A DNA stretch of 64,000 bases, taken from contig DAFS01000037.1 of assembly GCA_002495525.1 (NCBI GenBank), forward strand, positions 19,103 through 83,102, given 5' to 3'. Source of the DNA: Euryarchaeota archaeon UBA89 (GTDB lineage Archaea > Thermoplasmatota > Poseidoniia > Poseidoniales > Thalassarchaeaceae). Below, one piece after another: positions 18,430 to 26,378 of this stretch. Every line of letters starts with the position of its first letter. Within the stretch, counting starts at the first letter, position 1. Both the position numbers and the translations under genes were made by a program. Under the pieces are notes generated by a model, which saw only the letters and a list, made by a program, of their open reading frames with translations, made no database searches and was not told the origin of the DNA.

Positions 18430-19466
18430 AAAAGAAAGATATTGAGGGACTTGCCAGAGAATTAGATTCACAGGATATGGTTGGATATACTAGAAATTTC
18501 ATGGATGATTTTGAATCGGCAATCTCTGAGGTAATTGATATTGATGTAGATAAAGATTGGTCAGGAGTTCTTTGTTTAGGAATGGGTGGCTCTGGTGCAG
18601 GCGGAATGTTTCTTTCAACTTTAGCTGACTATTCGGGAGGGATTCCCTTTGTAGTATGGAGAGATTATGGCCTACCCTCCTGGTGGGGTCCTGATTGGTT
18701 GGTTTTAGCAACATCTTATTCAGGAAATACAGAGGAAACAATTGATGGTGTCCATGAAGCCTTGCAATCTGGAGGAACAGTAATTGGGATTTCATCAGGT
18801 GGTGAACTAGAGAAGTTAATTTCTGAAAGTGATGGATCATTATTCCTTCCTGTTCCAGGAGGTCAAATGCCTAGGTCAGCATTTGGACATTTGTTTGGAA
18901 GACAATTATCAGTATGTTGGTCTTTAGGAATAATCGAGAAACCAGATGATAAAGAGACTTCGGAAATGATTGAACGTCTCCGTTCATCTTCTAATGATTT
19001 CGACATAAGTGGCGGCAACGGGCTGGTCGTTTCTGTAGCAGAATCAATGCTAAATAGACAAATTGGAATTATCGCACCTACTATTTTGATTTCTGTAGCA
19101 AATCGTTTTGCAAATCAGTTAAATGAAAATTCTGAGGTATTTGCACGCCCTTCTGAGTTACCTGAGATGAATCATAATGAGATAGTTGCATGGTCTTCTG
19201 CTAATGAAAATGAACACTCTCTAATTTATTTCTCTTGTGGAAATATTCACCCTAGAATCAATTCAAGGATGGACTGGATGCTAGAAAATATCGATAACGA
19301 TAGTTCTTGGATAATTGACTGTGAGGGGCAGAGTCTTCTCGAAAGTTTACTCTACGCTTCACATATTTCTGATTGGATAAGTATTTGTTTAGCATTGTTG
19401 CAAGGAGTTGATCCTTCTGAGATGAGTTCTATAGTGAATCTTAAATCTCATCTTTCTAAAGTTTAA
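18426..19466 (+). CDS. Bifunctional phosphoglucose/phosphomannose isomerase (SIS domain, archaeal PGI/PMI family)
   Basis: CLGMGGSGAGG and ATSYSGNTEETI are the PGI/PMI SIS motifs. The ATG at 18426 overlaps the nmd3 stop (ATGA). Confidence 0.8.
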   Translation: MKKKDIEGLARELDSQDMVGYTRNFMDDFESAISEVIDIDVDKDWSGVLCLGMGGSGAGGMFLSTLADYSGGIPFVVWRDYGLPSWWGPDWLVLATSYSGNTEETIDGVHEALQSGGTVIGISSGGELEKLISESDGSLFLPVPGGQMPRSAFGHLFGRQLSVCWSLGIIEKPDDKETSEMIERLRSSSNDFDISGGNGLVVSVAESMLNRQIGIIAPTILISVANRFANQLNENSEVFARPSELPEMNHNEIVAWSSANENEHSLIYFSCGNIHPRINSRMDWMLENIDNDSSWIIDCEGQSLLESLLYASHISDWISICLALLQGVDPSEMSSIVNLKSHLSKV

Positions 19467-20044
19467 TAAATTGGCCCAAGAACCAATCTGGGGTCCGGAT
19501 AATTTTCTAATGCCTCATCTCTATACTGTGGGTCGACAACTCCCGGCATATCATGAGTTTCAGGTTCATTAATTGATAGTTGAAAATGCAAATGCGATTC
19601 CCATCCCCCATTCTCATGTTTATCACCCATCCAACAAATCACTTCTCCGCGTGAGATATTTTGGCCAATTTTTTTCCCTTTTATTGATTTAGCACTCAAA
19701 TGCCCATAAAGCGCCCATATTGGTTTATTATCCACCAAGTGCTTTGTTATTATTACATATCCATAATCTCCGTCTGCTGGATTATATCCAAAATGTGAAA
19801 TTACTCCCTGATCAAATGCCATACAAGGTGTACCTACAGGAGCTCCAATATCTATGCCAATATGTAGGAATCTACCATCAGAAAATAGTTCGGTAGAATA
19901 CATCCCTGGCCTTAATTCGTCATATCTCCCAATATCGTATTCAAATCTTGAAGGAGTATATTCACCTCCAGTGAAATCTCTAACTTCATATTCATTTGGT
20001 AGATTAACTACTGGATGATATCGCCCGGTTTGCCACTTAATCAT
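19463..20044 (-). CDS. M23-family metallopeptidase without a signal peptide
   Basis: HxxxD (HIGIDIG) and HxH (SHLHFQL) motifs are present in a 193-aa protein with no hydrophobic N-terminus. Confidence 0.75.
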   Translation of the reverse strand: MIKWQTGRYHPVVNLPNEYEVRDFTGGEYTPSRFEYDIGRYDELRPGMYSTELFSDGRFLHIGIDIGAPVGTPCMAFDQGVISHFGYNPADGDYGYVIITKHLVDNKPIWALYGHLSAKSIKGKKIGQNISRGEVICWMGDKHENGGWESHLHFQLSINEPETHDMPGVVDPQYRDEALENYPDPRLVLGPIY

Positions 20045-20068
20045 ATACCCGGATTAGGGTCTAGGTTT

Positions 20069-21307
20069 TCATCCCTCTTCATCAGTATTTTCCTTCATAA
20101 CAGTAGGTGTTCTAATTGACTCAGAAATGGATTTTTGCTCAACTAGATTTTTAGGTAGGTTTGTAGCAATATCCAGCTTCTCCAGTTTACGACCTTGAGG
20201 TAATACATTAGTTTCCCATGAACCTACTGCTTTATTATAAAATTCAGTTGCTTTACCTAACCTATTACCTACTTCCGCAAAATGTTCACTCCAAGTAGTC
20301 ATTCTTTTGTAAAATAACTGTGCAACTTCAACCACTTCTTTTGCTTCTTCAGCAAATCTAACTTGTTGCCAATACAAAGCAGCAGTTCTTAGTAATGCGA
20401 TTAGGGAAGCAGGCGATGTAATTATCACCCCTCTATTCATTGCATCAGAATGTAATGTTGGATCTACTTCAAAGGCGGCAGAAACTAAAGCTTCGGATGG
20501 TACAAACATTACTACGAAATCAGCCCTTCCTGATACCTTTGTCAAATATCCCTTTTCTGCTAATTTATTCATTGTATCCCGCATTGATTTTGCATGTTGA
20601 ATTAATTTCTCTTGTCTCGCATCTAAATCTTCAATTTCTAAAGCCTCAAGGTAATGTTTACCACTGGTTTTCGCATCAATTGGAATTGATCCATCGCCTG
20701 GAAGACGTACAATGACATCAGGGATAAGTCCCGAAGCACCCTTTTGTTCTAAGAAATCGGTATGTTTTGTCATACCTGCCATTTCAAGTAAATTCCTCAA
20801 TGCGATTTCACCCCAATCTCCCCTAACTGAAGAACTTTTTCGGAGTGCAGTTGAAAGATTTGAGGCTTCTTTTCCTAAACTCTCTGTACGAATTCCTAGA
20901 TCTGTAATCTGCCTCTTAATACCTGAATATGCATCTCTACGTTCCTTTTCAAGATCTTTAGAAAATTTTTCTAAATCATTAAGAGATTTTGTCATTGGAC
21001 CGAATAATGAATCAATTTCTTTCTGCCTAGCAATATGATCTTTTTCTGCTGAAATTTGCACTTTCCCAAGTCTCTCTTCAGCAAGCTTTAGGAAATCTTC
21101 TGAGTTCTTCCTTCCTAAATCTGTTACTAGATTTTCTATTTCTGCCTTCACTCTAATTTCTGAGGTTGCTATTGCCTCCTCTTTTGCTTTAATCCTCTCT
21201 TCTGTTCTAATAACTTCACCACTTAATTTCTGTCTTGCAATCAGCCAACCAATTGTCGCTCCAAGTGTCAAACCAATAGCAACATATACAAGTCCCATTA
21301 AATCCAT
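20069..21307 (-). CDS. rmuC: DNA recombination protein RmuC
   Basis: It has an N-terminal TM, a long coiled-coil and a C-terminal RmuC nuclease-like core (GDWGEIALRNLLE, PDVIVRLP, IDAK, FVVMFVPSEA). Confidence 0.85.
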   Translation of the reverse strand: MDLMGLVYVAIGLTLGATIGWLIARQKLSGEVIRTEERIKAKEEAIATSEIRVKAEIENLVTDLGRKNSEDFLKLAEERLGKVQISAEKDHIARQKEIDSLFGPMTKSLNDLEKFSKDLEKERRDAYSGIKRQITDLGIRTESLGKEASNLSTALRKSSSVRGDWGEIALRNLLEMAGMTKHTDFLEQKGASGLIPDVIVRLPGDGSIPIDAKTSGKHYLEALEIEDLDARQEKLIQHAKSMRDTMNKLAEKGYLTKVSGRADFVVMFVPSEALVSAAFEVDPTLHSDAMNRGVIITSPASLIALLRTAALYWQQVRFAEEAKEVVEVAQLFYKRMTTWSEHFAEVGNRLGKATEFYNKAVGSWETNVLPQGRKLEKLDIATNLPKNLVEQKSISESIRTPTVMKENTDEEG

Positions 21308-21410
21308 AATATCTGTTTGTAATTGACAGTATTTGAACTTGTAGATTTTATCTTTGTTAATAATCTCTAAACAGTTCTTATTAGGTAGATGTTCTTCATC
21401 ATATTACGTG

Positions 21411-22538
21411 ATGTCTATGCGACCTGTAAATTGTGCAATTCTTGGGTCAAGAGGTTTGGTTGCCCAGAGGTATATTCAAAGATTAGTCAATCATGATTGG
21501 TTTAATCCAGTATCTATTGTAGGTTCAAGTTCAACTGTGGGAATGAATATTCGAGATTTACCTTGGTATCTTGATGAAAAAAGGCCTCAGTTACCAGATA
21601 TTAATGTCTTAGGATTAAATGATTTAGATACACTTGTGGATGAATTGATAAAAAAAAAAGTTACTGTAATATTTTCTGCATTACCTGACTCAATTGCCAG
21701 TGAAGTAGAGAAGCCTCTGGCTGAAAGAGGGTTTTGTGTAATTAGTCATGCGTTAATTCATAGATTAAAGGCTGAGGTTCCTCTGGTAATTCCAGATATT
21801 AATTCTGACCATTTAAAGATTTTAGAATCTCAAAGTTTTGGTACGGGATCACTAATTTCTTGTAGTAATTGCATGGTAGTCCCTATTGCTTTGACTTTAT
21901 TCCCCTTAATGTCTGAATATGATTTTTCTACTGTAAAAATTATTACTGAACAATCGTTATCTGGTGGAGGTAGGAAGATGCTAGAAAGAGGTAGAAGCGG
22001 TCTAGAAATTGCTTCTTCGATTCCCGGTGAATCTGAAAGTATTATATCTGAATTAAATAGAATTTTAGGTGAAAAAAATGAAGGCATTTTTCAAGAAGCA
22101 AATTTAGATGTGAAAGTTTGGTGTTCTCGGGCTAGTCATGATTTTGGTCACTTAGCTACAGTTGAGATAATTTTTTCCAACGAAATCAGTGCTCATGAAA
22201 TAATTGAAGCGTGGCAAAATTTTTCATCGAGGGTCTTCGATTCCAGACTCCCATCCTCGTCAAAGATAATCAACTTCGTGGATGGTAAGTTAGATCCAAT
22301 TAAACATAGATGGAGTGGTTCAGTAACTGCATTGCCAGATGAAGATCTTAGCGCTGGCATGCCAGTTTCTGTAGGTGAAATAGAAGTATCTGGTAAGAAA
22401 CTAAAATTCAAGTTATTATCTGATAATACTATTAGAGGGGCTGCAGGATATGGTGTTCTTCTTGCTGAGTTACTACTTGTTGAAGAATTAATTCCAGAAA
22501 AAAATCTAATCAATATGAGTTTTAATAGACGTAATTGA
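21411..22538 (+). CDS. asd: Aspartate-semialdehyde dehydrogenase family protein
   Basis: It has an N-terminal Rossmann segment CAILGSRGLVAQRY, the active-site context SCSNCMVVP and the C-terminal DNTIRGAAG. I take ATG 21411 as the start rather than 21354. Confidence 0.75.
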   Translation: MSMRPVNCAILGSRGLVAQRYIQRLVNHDWFNPVSIVGSSSTVGMNIRDLPWYLDEKRPQLPDINVLGLNDLDTLVDELIKKKVTVIFSALPDSIASEVEKPLAERGFCVISHALIHRLKAEVPLVIPDINSDHLKILESQSFGTGSLISCSNCMVVPIALTLFPLMSEYDFSTVKIITEQSLSGGGRKMLERGRSGLEIASSIPGESESIISELNRILGEKNEGIFQEANLDVKVWCSRASHDFGHLATVEIIFSNEISAHEIIEAWQNFSSRVFDSRLPSSSKIINFVDGKLDPIKHRWSGSVTALPDEDLSAGMPVSVGEIEVSGKKLKFKLLSDNTIRGAAGYGVLLAELLLVEELIPEKNLINMSFNRRN

Positions 22539-22564
22539 TATGTATTATCTTCTCGGATAATTTA

Positions 22565-23176
22565 ATGAGACTTCGCCATCTTGCCATGTCTCTTTCAAAA
22601 TTACAACCACATCCTTGTGAAAATGTTGATTTAGAACAGTACTCTACTGACGGCAATATTGCATCTAAATTCATTTCATCTATAGTCTCATATGGAGATT
22701 TATCTTCTGATTCTATTATCGGTGACTTGGGGGCTGGAAATGGTATTCTTGGGATAGGCGCACTGAAAGTCGGCGCGGGAAAATGTATTTTTCTAGAAGC
22801 AGATAAGAATGCTTGTGAAATATTGCAAGAAAATTTAATTTCAAATAATTTTAAGGATTCAGGAGTAATAATTAATCAGTTCTTGGACATTAATACAAAT
22901 TTTCCTAAAGTTGACTTGATTATTTGTAATCCTCCATGGGGTAGACAAAAAGAAAAAGCAGACCGTCCATTTTTAGATTTAATCATAAAAAATGGCACTG
23001 TTTCCCATTTAATGCATAGCGCTCATGCAAATCATTTACACCCCTTCTTCGAATCAAGAAATTGGTCGGTAGAAAAATATGGTGAATATGATTTCAATTT
23101 ACCTGCTAATTTCTCTCATCATCGGAAAGAAAAAGAATCTACTAAAGTAGGATTCTGGCGTTTTTCACCAAATTGA
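22565..23176 (+). CDS. Small class I SAM-dependent methyltransferase (predicted RNA methylase, METTL5/COG2263-like)
   Basis: It has the SAM motif I DLGAGNGILG and the catalytic ICNPPWG. Its length is about 200 aa and it lies directly upstream of csl4. Confidence 0.7.
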   Translation: MRLRHLAMSLSKLQPHPCENVDLEQYSTDGNIASKFISSIVSYGDLSSDSIIGDLGAGNGILGIGALKVGAGKCIFLEADKNACEILQENLISNNFKDSGVIINQFLDINTNFPKVDLIICNPPWGRQKEKADRPFLDLIIKNGTVSHLMHSAHANHLHPFFESRNWSVEKYGEYDFNLPANFSHHRKEKESTKVGFWRFSPN

Positions 23177-23230
23177 ATTTTTGTTTTTTGACCCGTGTTC
23201 TTCATAGGTGAATCATCAGTCGCGTAACCA

Positions 23231-24502
23231 ATGAGTGCTTCAGCAGGTGACTTTGTTACGCCAGGAACACGTGTTTTAGCAGATGAAAATACGTCTCTAG
23301 GTGATGGGCTTGTTTCTACAGAAAATGGTGCCCTGGCTTTACTTTCAGGGAAATTAATTGAAGAGAATGGAGTCATCTCAGTTGAGATTTCAGGTTCCAC
23401 TGCTAATTTACCAAAAATTGGCGATATAGTAATTGGGCAAGTAAATCGTCTTAATGCGAAAACAGCTGAGATTAGGATATTACATATTGAAGGAAAAGAT
23501 GGTGGAGAAAGAGATATTCCTGCTTTGAAATTATTTGCCGATATATACGTGACTGATTTTGTTGATCGATACATTCCATCAGCCGGAGATGCAATGCGTT
23601 CTAGAGATATTATAAGGGCTAAGATAACTCAATTTGAGCCCATGCTAAAAGCTTCAACTAGAGATGGTCCTAGTTTGGGTGTCGTCCACGCTATTTGCCC
23701 TACATGTGGTGCAGAATTACAAAAAAATGATTCTATTCCAGATTTTAATGTGAAATGTAATATGTGTGATTACAAAGGCTATCGTGTTCTTTCTAGTGGT
23801 TTTGGCACTGGTTATTCAGTACCTGAAAATTCAGATATTGATAAATTCAATAGACCTGGTGAGAGATGGTCTGAGCAGGCAGAGAAAGTTCTTGGGCATG
23901 ATGGAGCCCGTCCATATCTTTCCCCCTTAGCAGACTTTAGGAGGGGAATAAAACATGAAATTCCACCCTCAGCCGCCAGGCAAATTGGCCGTAATAATTC
24001 TAATAATCGTTCAAGAGGTCAACGTAGGGAGATGCATAAAACAACTTGCACAATGTGCTTAAAACCTACTGAAGTGCCATTTAAGCCAACTCCTGGGAAG
24101 CCAATTAGATGCCGTGAATGTATGGATAAGGTGAATAATGGTACTGCTACAAAGGAAGAACTCTCTGCTGAACGTCAGGTTTTGAAAGCAGCTAGATCTA
24201 AAATGTTAGAATCATCTGGAATTAAGTTATTCGTGGGAAGTATTTCTTGGGATGCAAACGAAGAGGACTTAAGGAAATTATTTTCAACTTTCGGGGAACT
24301 TAAAGAAGTACATATTGCAAAAGATCGTGAGACAGGTAAATCTAGAGGTTTTGCCTTCATTAAATTTTCAAGTCACAAAGATGGACAAAAGGCGGTCAAA
24401 GAATTAGATGGTACAGAATTTCATGGTCGTAAAATAAGTGTTCAAGAGTCTAATGAATCTCGTGGTGGGTCTGGTAATAGGCGTAGACATGGTAGAAAAT
24501 AA
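23231..24502 (+). CDS. csl4: Exosome cap subunit Csl4 fused to a CxxC-x17-CxxC module and a C-terminal RRM with an RG-rich tail
   Basis: The Csl4 layout is present: an N-terminal domain, an S1-like segment (PKIGDIVIGQVNRLNAKTAEIRI) and a Zn ribbon (CPTCGAEL...CNMCDY). Then comes CTMC-x17-CREC at about 24046-24130. The RRM has RNP2 KLFVGSI and RNP1 RGFAFIKF at about 24224-24454. The tail is SRGGSGNRRRHGRK. Confidence 0.8.
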   Translation: MSASAGDFVTPGTRVLADENTSLGDGLVSTENGALALLSGKLIEENGVISVEISGSTANLPKIGDIVIGQVNRLNAKTAEIRILHIEGKDGGERDIPALKLFADIYVTDFVDRYIPSAGDAMRSRDIIRAKITQFEPMLKASTRDGPSLGVVHAICPTCGAELQKNDSIPDFNVKCNMCDYKGYRVLSSGFGTGYSVPENSDIDKFNRPGERWSEQAEKVLGHDGARPYLSPLADFRRGIKHEIPPSAARQIGRNNSNNRSRGQRREMHKTTCTMCLKPTEVPFKPTPGKPIRCRECMDKVNNGTATKEELSAERQVLKAARSKMLESSGIKLFVGSISWDANEEDLRKLFSTFGELKEVHIAKDRETGKSRGFAFIKFSSHKDGQKAVKELDGTEFHGRKISVQESNESRGGSGNRRRHGRK

Positions 24503-24540
24503 CCGTTTGATTCATTGCTGATGGGCTCCCCCTCTGATGT

Positions 24541-26319
24541 ATGGGAGGCTGGCTTGTAATAGATGGCTATGAGGATGAGCCAGCGGCTTTTGGCGTTCCA
24601 AACTATCTTGGTTTCCATATTCGTTATATTTGCGGAGTTCTAGAATCTAGAGGTGTCGAATATACATATCTAACTATAGATCAATGGAGGATTAAATATA
24701 AACAATTTCTGAATGATAAATCAAGTAGAGATAAGATTAGAAGTGAATTAAGTAATCTTGCAGGAACTGTAGTGCTTGCCGGTTCTATAGTTCCAGGAAA
24801 ATATATCCGTGGCACACCAGTTAGTCAGAGAGAATTAGATCAAATCCTTTCTATTATCCCTAGCGAAGTTCCAATATTATGCGGAGGCTGGGCGATAAAA
24901 AATTGGAGATACTCGGGGTGGACTCCTTTGCGTACAAATCTTTTCTGTGCTGTTAATGATGTTGATTCTTCTTTGGCTTTATTTCTTTCTACCGGGGAAT
25001 GGAAACATAGTAGGAGGACAAAAGATGAATGGACTCTTTGGGCGCATTATGGATCTATCTCTAAGGCAGTTACAAACCATCCTGATCTATTAACCGTAGA
25101 TGGAAGATCTGGGCCACTAACCTATGAAATAGAATTATATCAGGGTTGTGTTAGGTTCAAAAGAGGATGTAAATTTTGTATAGAGCCGAAAAAAGGCGTT
25201 CCATTATGGAGAAGCGAAGATGATATCCTAAAAGAAATATCTGGTGCCTTAGATTCTGGTGTGAAAAATATACGTATTGGTGGTGCAACGGATATCTACA
25301 CATATCGTGCAGAAGGCGTTAGAGAATTAGAATATCCAATTCCTAATCCCGAACCAATAAGTCAAATTCTTCATGGGGCAAGAGAAGATGAGAGATTAGA
25401 TATCTTACATGTCGATAATGGAAATCCTTCGATAATTGCTGAGAATATCGAACCATCTACTGAAATAACAAAATGTTTAGTTGAGAATCTGAGTGATGGT
25501 GCAGTTTTATCATTCGGTTTAGAATCAGCAGATCCGCATGTTCATCAGATGAATTGGCTTAACTGTGACCCTAAACAACTCAAGATTGCAATCAAACATA
25601 TCAATGATTTTGGTAGAGTTAAGGGAAAGAGAGGATTACCTAAACTTTTACCCGGTCTTAATTTCATTGCAGGATTAAATGGAGAAACTAAAAACAGTTA
25701 TGATATGAATTTCAATTTATTAGAAGATTTAAGATCAGAGGGGCTGTGGTTACGAAGAATAAATATTAGACAAGTTGAAGGTCAAGGTTTTCAAGAAATA
25801 TCTGGAAATGATTTTAGAAATTTTAAGAAAAAAGTGCGTGAAGAGATTGACAAACCTCTTCTTGAAGAAATATTCCCTATTGGTACAGAATTGTCGCACA
25901 TTTGGTGGGAGTCTCAAGGAGATAGAATTAGAAGACCTGAACAGGTCGATAATCCTGTCCTCAGTTCGCCTTCAATTCATGGAAAATCGGGAATTACTTT
26001 TGGGAGACAGATTGGTGCTTATCCAATATTAGTCGGAGTTCCATACCTAATTCCTCTTGAAACTAGCTCAAATATTGTAGTCACAGGTCATGGAATGAGA
26101 AGTATTTCAGGTGTTGAAATCGGCTTGAATATTAATTCAGTTTCTCAACAACAACTGGAATCTATACCTGGAATTGGAAAGAAAGCAGCATGGAGAATAA
26201 TTAGTTCCAGAGCTAAAGCCAGTCGGAGCTCAAAAATTCCCTTTGATTCCGTTGAAATGGCTTTTGAAATGGCGCAAGTTGAAATATCTCCGATAGTAGA
26301 AAAAGTATTATCAATCTGA
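24541..26319 (+). CDS. Radical SAM enzyme with a C-terminal helix-hairpin-helix (COG1031-like architecture)
   Basis: The cluster region is YQGCVRFKRGCKFCIEP. TIM-barrel-like motifs follow (IRIGGATD, SFGLESAD). The C-terminal HhH is LESIPGIGKKAAWRI. Confidence 0.7.
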   Translation: MGGWLVIDGYEDEPAAFGVPNYLGFHIRYICGVLESRGVEYTYLTIDQWRIKYKQFLNDKSSRDKIRSELSNLAGTVVLAGSIVPGKYIRGTPVSQRELDQILSIIPSEVPILCGGWAIKNWRYSGWTPLRTNLFCAVNDVDSSLALFLSTGEWKHSRRTKDEWTLWAHYGSISKAVTNHPDLLTVDGRSGPLTYEIELYQGCVRFKRGCKFCIEPKKGVPLWRSEDDILKEISGALDSGVKNIRIGGATDIYTYRAEGVRELEYPIPNPEPISQILHGAREDERLDILHVDNGNPSIIAENIEPSTEITKCLVENLSDGAVLSFGLESADPHVHQMNWLNCDPKQLKIAIKHINDFGRVKGKRGLPKLLPGLNFIAGLNGETKNSYDMNFNLLEDLRSEGLWLRRINIRQVEGQGFQEISGNDFRNFKKKVREEIDKPLLEEIFPIGTELSHIWWESQGDRIRRPEQVDNPVLSSPSIHGKSGITFGRQIGAYPILVGVPYLIPLETSSNIVVTGHGMRSISGVEIGLNINSVSQQQLESIPGIGKKAAWRIISSRAKASRSSKIPFDSVEMAFEMAQVEISPIVEKVLSI

Positions 26320-26378
26320 TACATTAGTATATCAGTATAGAGGAATAGTCATATTCTCAAGATGTACGCTGGCTTTGT

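Noticed and set aside
19463-21307. RmuC plus M23 peptidase as a defence island
   Set aside because: There are only two genes and no nuclease/ATPase/methylase partners, integrases or compositional shift. The flanks are housekeeping genes (PGI/PMI and asd).
21650-21659. A10 homopolymer inside asd (IKKKV) as a frameshift or phase-variation site
   Set aside because: The reading frame is intact through the tract and conserved Asd motifs lie on both sides. I flag it only as a possible sequencing-error hotspot.
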